A stretch of DNA of 38,062 nt from Eubacteriales bacterium (GTDB taxonomy: Bacteria > Bacillota > Clostridia > Oscillospirales > CAG-272): positions 1 through 38,062 of the forward strand of contig JAZUBG010000240.1 in the NCBI GenBank assembly GCA_045638405.1, written 5' to 3'. Shown here piece by piece: positions 1 through 8,660 of the stretch; the stretch's first letter is position 1; each line of letters starts with the position of its first letter. The position numbers were made by a program, and so were the translations under genes. Below the pieces are notes generated by a model. It saw only the letters and a list, made by a program, of their open reading frames with translations. It had not been told where the DNA came from and searched no databases.

Positions 1-248
1 CCGATACCGATAAAGAGAAGAAGCGGCATCAGCTCACCGTTGTCGATACCTACGTCAAAAAGTCTGTCAACTACGTGTTTTGCTCCCGAGAGGGGAAGAT
101 TTACGAGGATCGCACCGAATCCCATGGGAAGAAGGAGGGTGGGTTCCATGTCCTTCTTGATTGCGAGGAAAATGAGAACTGCACCGATGACCCACATAAC
201 GATCATACGCCAGTCGATGTAGGTAAGGTTTTGATATAAGATCTCCAT
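1..248 (-). CDS. Sodium-ion-translocating decarboxylase beta subunit (OadB/GcdB/MmdB family), N-terminal 82 codons; the gene continues past the window start
   Basis: Absent from the ORF track because it runs off the edge. My minus-strand translation from the ATG at 248 reads MEILYQNLTYIDWRMIVMWVIGAVLIFLAIKKDMEPTLLLPMGFGAILVNLPLSGAKHVVDRLFDVGIDNGELMPLLLFIGIG. It shows a TM helix, then the EPxLLLPxGFGAILxNLP and LFIGIG blocks I associate with this family. The + ORF 40..222 is its antisense shadow. Confidence 0.7.
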   Translation of the reverse strand, partial: MEILYQNLTYIDWRMIVMWVIGAVLIFLAIKKDMEPTLLLPMGFGAILVNLPLSGAKHVVDRLFDVGIDNGELMPLLLFIGI

Positions 249-330
249 ATAATACCGTTATACTTTCAGTATCCTTTCTTTTTTATTTGTATAGAGTTAT
301 TCATTGGGATTTCATATTATTGGTACATAG

Positions 331-699
331 CTAAACGTTCATTATATCAACGACTATGTTAAAGCCGCACGTACTTAACTTGGTAACAATATCGCAGGGC
401 AGGTTTAGAATTGTCTGATACGTTTCAATATACGGTGTCAGAACAAAATAAAGCTTAGCGTTTGATGCGGACAGACCGAGCAAAAAGTCTTTTTTTGAAT
501 ACAGTTGGTCAGCCAACTCGCAGACAGCTTTTTCCATGCCTGGCAGATCATCACTCCTGACTGAGTAAGACCAGTTGTCTTCCTTGGCATATTCTGTGCT
601 TTCGGCTTTTACGAAGACACATGGTGTCAAGCCGAGGACTTTTTCTATTGACTTATAGTCAAGATCGGTTCCGTATATTTTCACGTGAATAAAATACAT
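331..699 (-). CDS. Hypothetical protein, DUF4279-like (122 aa)
   Basis: Intact ORF with a GGAGA RBS (RC of 707-711) 7 nt upstream of the ATG. The N-terminus IHVKIYGTDLDYKSIEKVLGLTP fits the DUF4279 pattern as I remember it. The family call is from memory only. Confidence 0.55.
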   Translation of the reverse strand: MYFIHVKIYGTDLDYKSIEKVLGLTPCVFVKAESTEYAKEDNWSYSVRSDDLPGMEKAVCELADQLYSKKDFLLGLSASNAKLYFVLTPYIETYQTILNLPCDIVTKLSTCGFNIVVDIMNV

Positions 700-741
700 A
701 TTTGATTCTCCTTATATGAATATACTCGAATGTTTAGTATT

Positions 742-1668
742 TTACTTTTTCAGAATATTGTTCATGTACTTCCAGGTAGCTTCAAGAACCGGAGCTGCTT
801 CCATCTTTTCCATGTAGATGATCTTGTGACGTGTGGAGTCGAAGGCATATCTGCCCTCGTCGGTGATAACGGGAGCGGGTACGACTTTGAAGTCGTAAGC
901 TTCGGGATTTGTAAGAACAGCGGGAGCCGCAACGTCGAAAAGTATTCTCTTCCAGAAGCCGTTTACGTAGTAAGGCTCGTTAGAGTATCTGTCGGGAAGT
1001 TCGTCACGGAAGAAGCGGTCAACGCTTGTGTCACCCTTGAAAGCCTCGTTCAGAGTTGCGCGTGTGATCTCAAGCACGCAGGTGCCGTGGTCGTATGCAG
1101 GGAGGTAGATAAGGGGAATGTCAAGTGACATAAGATACTGTCCTGCAACGTGGTCCCATGAAAGGTTGCACTCGCCTCTAAGCTCTGTGTCGTTTTCAAG
1201 GCAGGTTCCGCCAAGCCAGATAACGACTACGTTTTCCTTGATGGAGGGGTCCATGAGGAATGCGGAGGAGATGTTGGTACAGCAGCCTGTGGAAAGCACG
1301 TAAATTATCTCATCCTTATATTTCTTTGACATATTGATGATGTTTCTCGCCGCGTCACAGTCAACGGGTTCACCGTATTCCATGGGACGTGTGGGACCTC
1401 TGAACGCGGGATATTTGTCAGCCACGCCACAAACGTTCAGTACCTTCATGATTTCCTGATAGCTTGCTTCCATTCCGCGGTAATAGTCACCCTCGGGTCC
1501 CTTACCGAATGTGGCAGCCTGAGCGGAGATAAGCTCCATCTTATCCTTTGCTCCGATACAGAACGCCAGTGCGTATTGGTCGTCCATTTCCATGCCCATA
1601 TCCGCGTCGTGAATTACTTTTTTTATTCTCGGGGATTTGATGTCCGCCAGAATCTGTTCCATTGTCAT
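742..1668 (-). CDS. Nucleoside hydrolase (inosine/uridine-preferring IUNH family)
   Basis: 308-aa ORF with a GGAG RBS 7 nt upstream. It has the N-terminal aspartate cluster VIHDADMGMEMDDQYAL (a DxDxxxDD-type Ca/ribose-binding motif) and overall IUNH-like length and layout. Confidence 0.8.
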   Translation of the reverse strand: MTMEQILADIKSPRIKKVIHDADMGMEMDDQYALAFCIGAKDKMELISAQAATFGKGPEGDYYRGMEASYQEIMKVLNVCGVADKYPAFRGPTRPMEYGEPVDCDAARNIINMSKKYKDEIIYVLSTGCCTNISSAFLMDPSIKENVVVIWLGGTCLENDTELRGECNLSWDHVAGQYLMSLDIPLIYLPAYDHGTCVLEITRATLNEAFKGDTSVDRFFRDELPDRYSNEPYYVNGFWKRILFDVAAPAVLTNPEAYDFKVVPAPVITDEGRYAFDSTRHKIIYMEKMEAAPVLEATWKYMNNILKK

Positions 1669-1909
1669 AACTTTTCTCCGTTTCGAATGCTATTTTGAAA
1701 CAAACACGTGTCGGATTTTGCCGACAATGACGTGCTTTTTACTGTTTTTTATGTCTATATGATAACAAAAAATACAATGTATGTCAAGGGAGAATATATC
1801 ATAATGTAAAAGACAAAGAAAAAATATGAAAATCTCGGTAAAACAGATGAAAAAAACGGAAAAGTATGATAAAATATAAGCATAGACCTTGAAGTGTGGA
1901 GGTGTGGAT

Positions 1910-3442
1910 ATGCGAAGCAGATTTCTGTCCTTGATTTCTTTGTTTATTGTTTTCGTTATGCTGATGTCATCCTGTTCCGAAAAGGAAGAGACCGTAAAAA
2001 CAGTCGAGACCGTTCCTCTGACAAACAATGGTACTGCAGAACAGTTTGTATCCTTCGATAATCCTGATGTGGACCGTTATATTGACGATCTCGCGGACAG
2101 TAACGACTTTAACGGCAGGACATTTACCTGGTGCGGAAATGAGGGGCAAGCTCCGGTGAACGAAGAAGAAACGGGAGACCTTTGCAACGATGCCCTTTAC
2201 TACAGACAGCGTGAAATAGAAGAACATTTCGGTGTTGATTGGGTGAACTTTTGGCCGCCGGATCTGGGTACGGGCAATCAAGGTGTATATGACCACGTGA
2301 TGCAGGACGTTCTTGCAGGTGTCGGTGCGTACGATCTTTGCTACGGTACGACGATAGCTATAGCTCAGCCTCTGTTTATTCAAAATGTTATCATGGACGT
2401 GAGTGATTTTCAGTACCTTGATCTTAACCGTGAGTGGTGGACACAAGGGCTGATGGATTTTTATTCCATCGGAGGATCGCTTTATTTTCTCAACGGAGCC
2501 ATCGTTACGTCGAATTATGAGGATACCTACTGTATTGCGTTCAACAAGGAAATAGCTCACGAGTACGGTATCGAAAACCTTTACGATCTCGTTTACAATA
2601 ACGAGTGGACATTCGATAAGATGTTTGAGATAGCTTCTGTCATTCCTACAAACGAGAACGGTTCCGGTACGTTCCGCTTCGGTGACCCCAATGCTATTGC
2701 TACTCTTTATGCTCACGGACATTCGCTCGCTCAGTATGATGAAGAAGGTTTCCCTTATGTTAATGAAAACGTTTCCAAAGAAGTGTACGACTTAGCTGTG
2801 AAATTCTCTCAGGTATACGGAGACGAGAGTATTTGTGCCATGAGTAAAGGAGACTACAGCGGTTTCACAGAAAGAGAATGGTGCATAAATAAATACGGAT
2901 ACGAAGATTACAGTGAAATGTTTGCTAAAGACCGTTTTCTCTTTTACTTTCTGACGACGGGAGAGGCTGCGTGGCTTAGAATCTATGAAGTAGAATTCGG
3001 AATTCTTCCGATACCCAAGGGAGATAAAAGCCAGGAAAATTATATATCAGGTACAGGAACTTGGGGGGCGTCCAATGTGTTCGTCCCAAAATCGGCAAAG
3101 GACGTTGAAATGTCCGATGTAATGCTTGAAGCTCTTGCATCTCTGGGATATAAGTATATAAAACCCGCTTATTACGATATGATCCTCAAGAGCAGGGCGA
3201 CTTATGATTACGCCTCAAAAGGAATGATCGATATAATATTTACAACAAAGAGATACGATATAATCGATTTTCTCGCTACGGGCGGAAATATTAATATGGA
3301 CAGTGATTTTGTTCGTACGGTACGCGGAGCGATTGATGAGAATGCTTCAAGCTTTGTTTCGCGTTATAAATTACAGGCAAAGATCGTTAACAACAACATA
3401 AAAAGAATCAGAAAAATGGTGGAGAAAGATCAGGAAAGCTGA
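1910..3442 (+). CDS. Extracellular solute-binding lipoprotein, ABC sugar-SBP family-1-like, paralog 1
   Basis: The ATG at 1910 is preceded by GGAGG (1898-1902) with a 7-nt spacer, so the track's TTG start at 1889 is unlikely. Signal peptide plus lipobox: MRSRFLSLISLFIVFVMLMSS-C. SBP-like blocks include GRTFTW, GGSLYFLNG, FNKEIAHEYGI, NEWTFDKMFEIA and YIKPAYYD. Confidence 0.8.
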   Translation: MRSRFLSLISLFIVFVMLMSSCSEKEETVKTVETVPLTNNGTAEQFVSFDNPDVDRYIDDLADSNDFNGRTFTWCGNEGQAPVNEEETGDLCNDALYYRQREIEEHFGVDWVNFWPPDLGTGNQGVYDHVMQDVLAGVGAYDLCYGTTIAIAQPLFIQNVIMDVSDFQYLDLNREWWTQGLMDFYSIGGSLYFLNGAIVTSNYEDTYCIAFNKEIAHEYGIENLYDLVYNNEWTFDKMFEIASVIPTNENGSGTFRFGDPNAIATLYAHGHSLAQYDEEGFPYVNENVSKEVYDLAVKFSQVYGDESICAMSKGDYSGFTEREWCINKYGYEDYSEMFAKDRFLFYFLTTGEAAWLRIYEVEFGILPIPKGDKSQENYISGTGTWGASNVFVPKSAKDVEMSDVMLEALASLGYKYIKPAYYDMILKSRATYDYASKGMIDIIFTTKRYDIIDFLATGGNINMDSDFVRTVRGAIDENASSFVSRYKLQAKIVNNNIKRIRKMVEKDQES

Positions 3443-3471
3443 TGTTGTTTTTCTGACAGAGGGAAGTGAAT

Positions 3472-5001
3472 ATGATAAAGAGAATTGTGGCAATGTTCCT
3501 ATCGGTACTGTGTATTGTTCCGTATCTTGTGTCTTGCGGAAACGGAGGGGACAACGGTAAATCGACATTATCTGTGGAATCAGCTACGTACGCGATCGAT
3601 TCTGAGATTATCTCGGATGTTGATAAATACATTGGCAAGCTTGCAGAAGAATGGTATGATGACTGTGCCGGAAAGACATTTACATGGTGCGGAAATCAGG
3701 GGCAGTATCCCGTGAATGAGGAAGATACGGGAGACATAAAAAATGATGCACTTTACTTCAGACAGCGCGAGATTGAAGAGAAGTTCGGTATTACATGGAA
3801 TAATGTTGTTACCGTTCACGACGGTATAACTCCAAACTATTCGGTTTACGATTACGTTATACAGGACGTAATGGCGGGTAACGGTGCGTATAATGCCTGC
3901 TACGGTACAACAATACAGGTGGTTCAGCCTCTTTTGGTGAAGAATACACTGTACGACGTATCAAATTACGATATTATTGATTTTGATCGCGAGTGGTGGC
4001 CCGCTAATATTGAGGATAACTATTCTATCAACGGCTCCATGTATTTTCTGAACGGTCCTATAGTTACCACATATTACGAGGATACTTATTGCTTTGCATT
4101 CAACAAACAGATAGCTCTTGACTACAATATCGGGAATCTATATGATCTTGTATATAACGATCAGTGGAATTTCGATAAGCTGTTTGAAGTTGCATCCGTG
4201 ATTCCGTCAAACGAAAATGGATCCGGAGTTTACCGTTTCGGTAATCCAAGCGGGCTTGCCGCAATGTATGCCCACGGGATGACTCTTACATCATTTGACG
4301 AGACGGGAGCACCGTATATTGATGAAAAGATATCAGAGGAATTGTATGATCTTTCGGTAAAGCTTTGCAGTATTTATGCAGACAACTCACTTTCCGCACA
4401 CGTTAAGATACGTCAAGGCGGCAGATCAGAGACGGTTGAACAGAAGTACGGACGTGACAGCTTTCATGAGATGTTTGAAAAGGACGAATTCTTGTTCTAT
4501 AATCTTACAACGGGAGATGCTGCGGAGTTGAGAGCATATGAGGTAGAGTTTGGAATTCTTCCGATGCCTAAAGGCGATCCGCAACAGGAACACTATATTT
4601 CTTCAACCGATAACTGGGGTACTGTAAACGTTTTTGTCCCCAAATCCAACAAGGATCATGAGTTTACCGATCTGATGATAGAAGTTCTTGCGGCACTTGG
4701 CAGAAAATATATTAAGCCCGCATATTATGATAAGATACTCAAATACCGAGCTATGTATGACCACGACTCCAGAGATATGATAGATATTATTTTTGACAGC
4801 AAGGTATATGATCTTGTGGATTTTCTTGCTATTGACGGAGGTATCAATCAGGAAACAGACTTTGTCAAGGTTGTGATCGCAGGACTTCAGGAAAATAACA
4901 ACAGCTTTGTGTCAAGATATATGCTTCAAGCTAAAAATGTAAACAGAAGCATAAAAAAATTACTTGCAAATATTGAAAAAGATCAAATGAGCACGTATTA
5001 A
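3472..5001 (+). CDS. Extracellular solute-binding lipoprotein, paralog 2
   Basis: Starts 29 nt after the paralog 1 stop. ATG at 3472 (GAGGGAAG upstream); the track start GTG 3466 is an alternative. Lipobox is LVS-C. It is collinear with paralog 1 along its full length, for example FTWCGNQGQYPVNEEDTGD, EVEFGILPMPKGD, YIKPAYYD and MIDIIF. Confidence 0.8.
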   Translation: MIKRIVAMFLSVLCIVPYLVSCGNGGDNGKSTLSVESATYAIDSEIISDVDKYIGKLAEEWYDDCAGKTFTWCGNQGQYPVNEEDTGDIKNDALYFRQREIEEKFGITWNNVVTVHDGITPNYSVYDYVIQDVMAGNGAYNACYGTTIQVVQPLLVKNTLYDVSNYDIIDFDREWWPANIEDNYSINGSMYFLNGPIVTTYYEDTYCFAFNKQIALDYNIGNLYDLVYNDQWNFDKLFEVASVIPSNENGSGVYRFGNPSGLAAMYAHGMTLTSFDETGAPYIDEKISEELYDLSVKLCSIYADNSLSAHVKIRQGGRSETVEQKYGRDSFHEMFEKDEFLFYNLTTGDAAELRAYEVEFGILPMPKGDPQQEHYISSTDNWGTVNVFVPKSNKDHEFTDLMIEVLAALGRKYIKPAYYDKILKYRAMYDHDSRDMIDIIFDSKVYDLVDFLAIDGGINQETDFVKVVIAGLQENNNSFVSRYMLQAKNVNRSIKKLLANIEKDQMSTY

Positions 5002-5116
5002 CCGCGATGGAGAAATCAAAAAGAACTGACGTGGACGTGTGGTTTGTTTGTTTCGACTAAAAATATCTTTTAAATATGTGCAAAATGCGAAAAAACAAGC
5101 TAACGATTATTTTTAG

Positions 5117-5145
5117 TTGAAATAGCATAAGCTTTGTGATATAAT
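5117..5145 (+). promoter_or_regulatory. Sigma-A-type promoter for lipoprotein paralog 3
   Basis: TTGAAA (5117-5122), a 17-nt spacer, then TATAAT (5140-5145) with an upstream TGTGA. It lies about 55 nt before the AAGGAG RBS and the ATG at 5200. Confidence 0.55.
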
Positions 5146-5199
5146 TTATATGCGAAGACTTTTACAGCTTCGAAATATATTTTTAAAAGGAGAAAAATC

Positions 5200-6747
5200 A
5201 TGTTAAAGAAACTCATTGCACTCACTCTTGTGATTCTGATGGTTCTTCCTATGGTAGTATCTTGCGGTGACAAGAAGGATACTGTATCTACTACCGCTGT
5301 TAACATTATCAAGCCTTCTGAGGGTGATGATAAGGTCAGTGAAGAAGACAAGAAAGAGCGCGCAGAGATCATGGCTTATGTAGATGAGCTTGCTTCTGAG
5401 AACGATTTCTCAGGTAAGTCATTTACTTGGATCGGAGGAGGTTCACAGGCTCCCAAGGAAGCTGAGGAGACAGGTGACGTTGCTCAGGATTCACTTTACT
5501 ACCGCCAGAGAGATGTTGAAGAAAAGTTTAAGATCTCATGGACAAACTATCAGCCCGAACAGATCGAAGGTAACACTTCCGAAAATCACCCTGTAGTTGA
5601 TGCTGTAATTAAAGACGTTATGGCAGGTTCTCAGGCTTATGACGCAGGTTACGGAACTCCTTCCGCAGTATGTCAGCCCCTTTTCCTTAACAATACACTT
5701 ACAGACATCGCTGCATTTGACGGCATTGATTTCTCACGCAAGTGGTGGACAGGATCCCTGCTTGAAACATATCACATTGCAGGTTCTAACTTCTTTGTTA
5801 ACGGTGCTATAGTTACTTCTAACTATACCGATACCAACGCAGTTCTTTTCAATAAGCAGGTTGCTGCAGACTATGGAATCGCTGACATGTACGGATTAGT
5901 AGAGGACGGCTCTTGGACATTTGATAAGATGTTCGAAATTGCTTCCAATAAAATCCCTACAAATGAGAATGGTGCCGGTACATACAGATATTCACAGCCC
6001 GATGGTCTTGCCATCCTTTATGCTAACGACTATTCCATCACTAAGTTCAATGCGGATTCCACACCTTATTTCCCCGAATCATATCCTAAGGAACTTTCCG
6101 ACCTTTCAGATAAGTACTCTGCTGTTTTCGGTGATGATGCTCAGACAGTTCATGTAAAGGGCGTTCTTGACCACAACACTTCTGAGAGCTTTTCTGAAAA
6201 GTACGATGGTGCTGAAGGTATGTCAGAAATGTTCGTTGACGGACGTATTCTCTTCTACTTCACCACTACCGGTGGTGCTGCTGAACTTCGTGAAGAAGAC
6301 GTAGAGTTCGGAATTCTTCCTCTTCCCAAGGGAAGTGCTTCTCAGAAAAATTACATTTCCTTTGCAGAGCCTTGGAGTGCGTTCAACGTATTCGTTCCCA
6401 AGACAACAAAGGACAGTAAGGTAACAGGTGTTCTCCTTGAGGCAATGGCGGCACTCGGTCTCCGCTATATCAAGCCTGCATACTATGATACTCTTCTCCA
6501 GGGTCGTTCAGTATATGACAAGGCTTCCAAGGCAATGATCGATATTATCTTTGAAACAAAGGTATACGACATTATTAACTTCCTTGTACCCGATGGTAGT
6601 AACAACGGTGACGGTTATTTTGTGCGTCTCCACAAGCGTGCTATCCAGGAAACAAACCAGGGTACTGCTTCTAAGTGGAAGATGCAGGTTAGAACCGTAA
6701 ACAATAATATCTCAAAAATTCTCAAAGATATTGAAAAAGGAAACTGA
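5200..6747 (+). CDS. Extracellular solute-binding lipoprotein, paralog 3 (most divergent)
   Basis: AAGGAG RBS and the lipobox MVVS-C. Same conserved blocks (FTWIGGGSQAP, DVEFGILPLPKG, YIKPAYYD, MIDIIFETKVYD). It has its own promoter and terminator. Confidence 0.85.
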   Translation: MLKKLIALTLVILMVLPMVVSCGDKKDTVSTTAVNIIKPSEGDDKVSEEDKKERAEIMAYVDELASENDFSGKSFTWIGGGSQAPKEAEETGDVAQDSLYYRQRDVEEKFKISWTNYQPEQIEGNTSENHPVVDAVIKDVMAGSQAYDAGYGTPSAVCQPLFLNNTLTDIAAFDGIDFSRKWWTGSLLETYHIAGSNFFVNGAIVTSNYTDTNAVLFNKQVAADYGIADMYGLVEDGSWTFDKMFEIASNKIPTNENGAGTYRYSQPDGLAILYANDYSITKFNADSTPYFPESYPKELSDLSDKYSAVFGDDAQTVHVKGVLDHNTSESFSEKYDGAEGMSEMFVDGRILFYFTTTGGAAELREEDVEFGILPLPKGSASQKNYISFAEPWSAFNVFVPKTTKDSKVTGVLLEAMAALGLRYIKPAYYDTLLQGRSVYDKASKAMIDIIFETKVYDIINFLVPDGSNNGDGYFVRLHKRAIQETNQGTASKWKMQVRTVNNNISKILKDIEKGN

Positions 6748-6760
6748 TCTTTTTCATCAA

Positions 6761-6792
6761 ACGGAACCCGTTCAGACGGGTTCCGTTTTTTT
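6761..6792 (+). terminator. Rho-independent terminator after paralog 3
   Basis: ACGGAACCCGT (6761-6771), loop TCAG, ACGGGTTCCGT (6776-6786), followed by TTTTTT. Confidence 0.8.
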
Positions 6793-6835
6793 AGCGGCGT
6801 GATAAATTAAATTTCAGATAAATTTCTCGTAACGA

Positions 6836-6864
6836 TTGCATTTTTATTTATTTTGTGTTAGAAT
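6836..6864 (+). promoter_or_regulatory. Sigma-A-type promoter for ddh
   Basis: TTGCAT (6836-6841), a 17-nt spacer, then TAGAAT (6859-6864) preceded by TGT (extended -10-like). Confidence 0.5.
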
Positions 6865-6917
6865 ATAGCGTAGTTTTTTATGTGCACTTTGCACTTTACA
6901 GAAAGGTCTTGATATAA

Positions 6918-7901
6918 ATGATTCGTATTGGTATTTTCGGTTACGGAAATCTCGGAAGAGGTGTTGAAGCGGCAATCCGCCAGAATCCCGACATGACGCT
7001 TGTTGCAGTATTCACTCGTCGTGCTCCCGAAACACTTAAGATTATGACAGAGGGCGTTCCCGTTGTTTCTGCGGACGATGTCCTTACAATGAAAGATAAG
7101 ATCGACGTTATGATCCTCTGCGGAGGAAGTGCTACCGATCTTCCCGTTCAGACCCCTGCACTTGCTGAGAATTTCTGTGTAGTAGACAGCTTTGATACTC
7201 ACGCAAGAATTCCCGAACACTTTGCTGCTGTTGATGCCGTAGCTAAAGCATCCGGTAAGGTAGGCGTTATCTCTGTTGGTTGGGATCCCGGAATGTTCTC
7301 TCTTAACAGACTTTATGCATCTGCCATTCTTCCCGACGGCAAGGATTATACCTTCTGGGGCAAAGGCGTAAGTCAGGGACACTCAGATGCTATCCGCAGA
7401 ATTGAGGGCGTAAAGAACGGTAAACAGTACACGATTCCCGTCGAAGCGGCTCTCGATGCTGTAAGAAGCGGCTCTGCGCCCGAGCTTACAACAAGAGAGA
7501 AACACACACGCGAATGTTTTGTGGTTGCTGAAGAAGGTGCTGACCTTGCTCGTATCGAAAACGAGATCAAAACAATGCCCAACTACTTTGCGGATTACGA
7601 TACCACTGTGCATTTTATCACCGAGGAAGAGCTTCTTCGCGATCACAGCGGAATTCCTCACGGCGGATTCGTTATCCGTTCCGGAAAGACCGGATTTGAT
7701 CTTGAGAACAGCCATATTATCGAATATAGCCTCAAGCTTGACTCCAACCCCGAGTTTACCGCATCCGTTATTGTGGCTTATGCCCGTGCGGCATACAGAC
7801 TCCACACAGAGGGTGTGTGTGGATGTAAGACTGTATTTGACATCGCTCCCGCATATCTCAGTATGAAGAGTGCTGATGAGCTGAGATCGACTATGCTTTA
7901 A
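6918..7901 (+). CDS. ddh: meso-Diaminopimelate D-dehydrogenase
   Basis: 327 aa. It has the N-terminal Rossmann motif IGIFGYGNLGRG and characteristic blocks VGWDPGMFS, WGKGVSQGHSDA, MPNYFADYDT and HGGFV, with the typical Ddh length. Confidence 0.9.
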   Translation: MIRIGIFGYGNLGRGVEAAIRQNPDMTLVAVFTRRAPETLKIMTEGVPVVSADDVLTMKDKIDVMILCGGSATDLPVQTPALAENFCVVDSFDTHARIPEHFAAVDAVAKASGKVGVISVGWDPGMFSLNRLYASAILPDGKDYTFWGKGVSQGHSDAIRRIEGVKNGKQYTIPVEAALDAVRSGSAPELTTREKHTRECFVVAEEGADLARIENEIKTMPNYFADYDTTVHFITEEELLRDHSGIPHGGFVIRSGKTGFDLENSHIIEYSLKLDSNPEFTASVIVAYARAAYRLHTEGVCGCKTVFDIAPAYLSMKSADELRSTML

Positions 7902-7913
7902 ATGAATAAAGAA

Positions 7914-7946
7914 AACGGAACTTCCATGCGGAAAGTTCCGTTTTTA
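7914..7946. terminator. Bidirectional terminator between convergent ddh and the 141-aa gene
   Basis: CGGAACTTCC (7916-7925) pairs with GGAAAGTTCCG (7930-7940). T-runs follow on the + strand and A-runs precede (T-runs on the minus strand). Confidence 0.7.
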
Positions 7947-7976
7947 TATATGTTTTGACTTGGATGCGCTTGTTTA

Positions 7977-8402
7977 TTACCCGTTCGCCTTAGTGTCATG
8001 AGGATTTCCCGTAACGATAGGGACTCCGCCTGAGGCTGAGGTGATCTGAGCGACAAGCATAGTGGTTCTCGCATTAAGCTCACTGACGAGGGCAGGGCAG
8101 TCGCTTGTAAACTGTTTTACTATGTTTACTTCCTTCCAGTTTACTTCACCGTAACGTGTGGGATCGAATCTAAGGAACACTCCGAAAGAAACAGAAAGTG
8201 TAAAGAGTGCTTCAGGTTCAAAGTTCAAACGTCTGTTGAATATGATCTTTACACCGCGATCTCCGATAAGCTGAGCGACAATGGTGTCTCGGCATCCGAG
8301 ACGGCGCATAGGCTCAACCGACTCAGCTTTTACGGTTTCATAATTTATATTTTCAAGAAAGATCTTTCGATCCTTCAAAAAATACGTATTAAAATTGTCC
8401 AT
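7977..8402 (-). CDS. Hypothetical protein (141 aa from MDNFNTYFLK)
   Basis: The ORF track starts at 8444, but the ATG at 8402 has a GAGGTG RBS (RC of 8410-8415) with a 7-nt spacer. I recognise no family with confidence. There is a vague SecB-like pattern (beta-rich N-half, then CPALVSELNARTTMLVAQIT), which I treat as speculation only. Confidence 0.6.
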   Translation of the reverse strand: MDNFNTYFLKDRKIFLENINYETVKAESVEPMRRLGCRDTIVAQLIGDRGVKIIFNRRLNFEPEALFTLSVSFGVFLRFDPTRYGEVNWKEVNIVKQFTSDCPALVSELNARTTMLVAQITSASGGVPIVTGNPHDTKANG

Positions 8403-8448
8403 ATAATTACACCTCACGTTTATTTTTGCTTGAGGCAAAAACAAAATA

Positions 8449-8660
8449 CCCCCGCCTGTGCCGATGAAAGCGAAGAAGAAACCCTGCTCTTCTGCAAGGG
8501 CGGTGCCCTCTCGTCCGGTTCGTGCTCCCAGCTTCCTTTTACCTCAGAGGCGCTGAATGCGCGATGGAGATAAAGGGAGGTCTGCATCCTCACGTACGAA
8601 GTCCGGGCTCCTTTTTACTCTTTGTGGGTTTTTATCGCTTTCGGTCGAACACCGCAGGGA
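8449..8660 (-). ncRNA. Candidate structured RNA or cis-regulatory element of unknown family
   Basis: About 270 nt with no credible ORF. On the minus strand, the 5' arm (RC of 8626-8660) pairs with the 3' arm (RC of 8449-8484) in four blocks: AAACCC/GGGUUU, CCGAAAGCGA/UCGCUUUC-a-UCGG, GUG/CAC and CCCUGC/GCGGGG. The last block includes a U.G pair that would be a C-A mismatch on the + strand. Internal helices are AAGGAG/CUCC-c-UU (8608-8616 with 8570-8579) and GCGC-AUUCA-GCGC (8550-8562). UAUUUUGUUUUU follows immediately (RC of 8437-8448). Confidence 0.4.

Noticed and set aside
40-222. 60-aa + strand ORF at the window start
   Set aside because: The minus strand here encodes a recognisable decarboxylase beta-subunit N-terminus, so the + ORF is its antisense shadow.
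1967-2722. 251-aa minus-strand ORF (and similar ORFs at 18128..18811, 6858..7382, 730..1128, 7383..7805, 16716..17096)
   Set aside because: All lie antisense within confidently assigned genes (lipoprotein 1, ppiB/LRR, ddh, nucleoside hydrolase, yfcE-like). None has a recognisable motif.
6882-6894. Palindrome GTGCA-ctt-TGCAC in the ddh 5'-UTR, sharing the 11-mer TGCACTTTGCA with the palindrome at 16492-16508
   Set aside because: Shared 11-mers are expected many times by chance in 38 kb, and the flanks differ. I keep each as a local hairpin or operator candidate, not as evidence of a common regulon.
8599-8612. GAAGTCCGGGCTCC on the + strand, resembling the RNase P RNA P4 motif GAAAGUCCGGGCUCC
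   Set aside because: The motif would sit near the 3' end of any + strand RNA here. The roughly 350 nt that should follow it are occupied by the DUF1292 coding sequence on the other strand. No other RNase P conserved regions are visible.
8449-8660. Partial resemblances of the RNA candidate to cobalamin (AAAAGGAAGCUGG...GAACCGG), M-box (CUUCGUACGUGAGG) and SRP (GGAAGC) elements
   Set aside because: In each case only one short segment matches. The diagnostic cores are missing or in the wrong order: the B12 box after the GGGAA region, the M-box 3' half, and GGUCCGGAAGGAAGCAGC. The downstream gene also fits none of those regulons.
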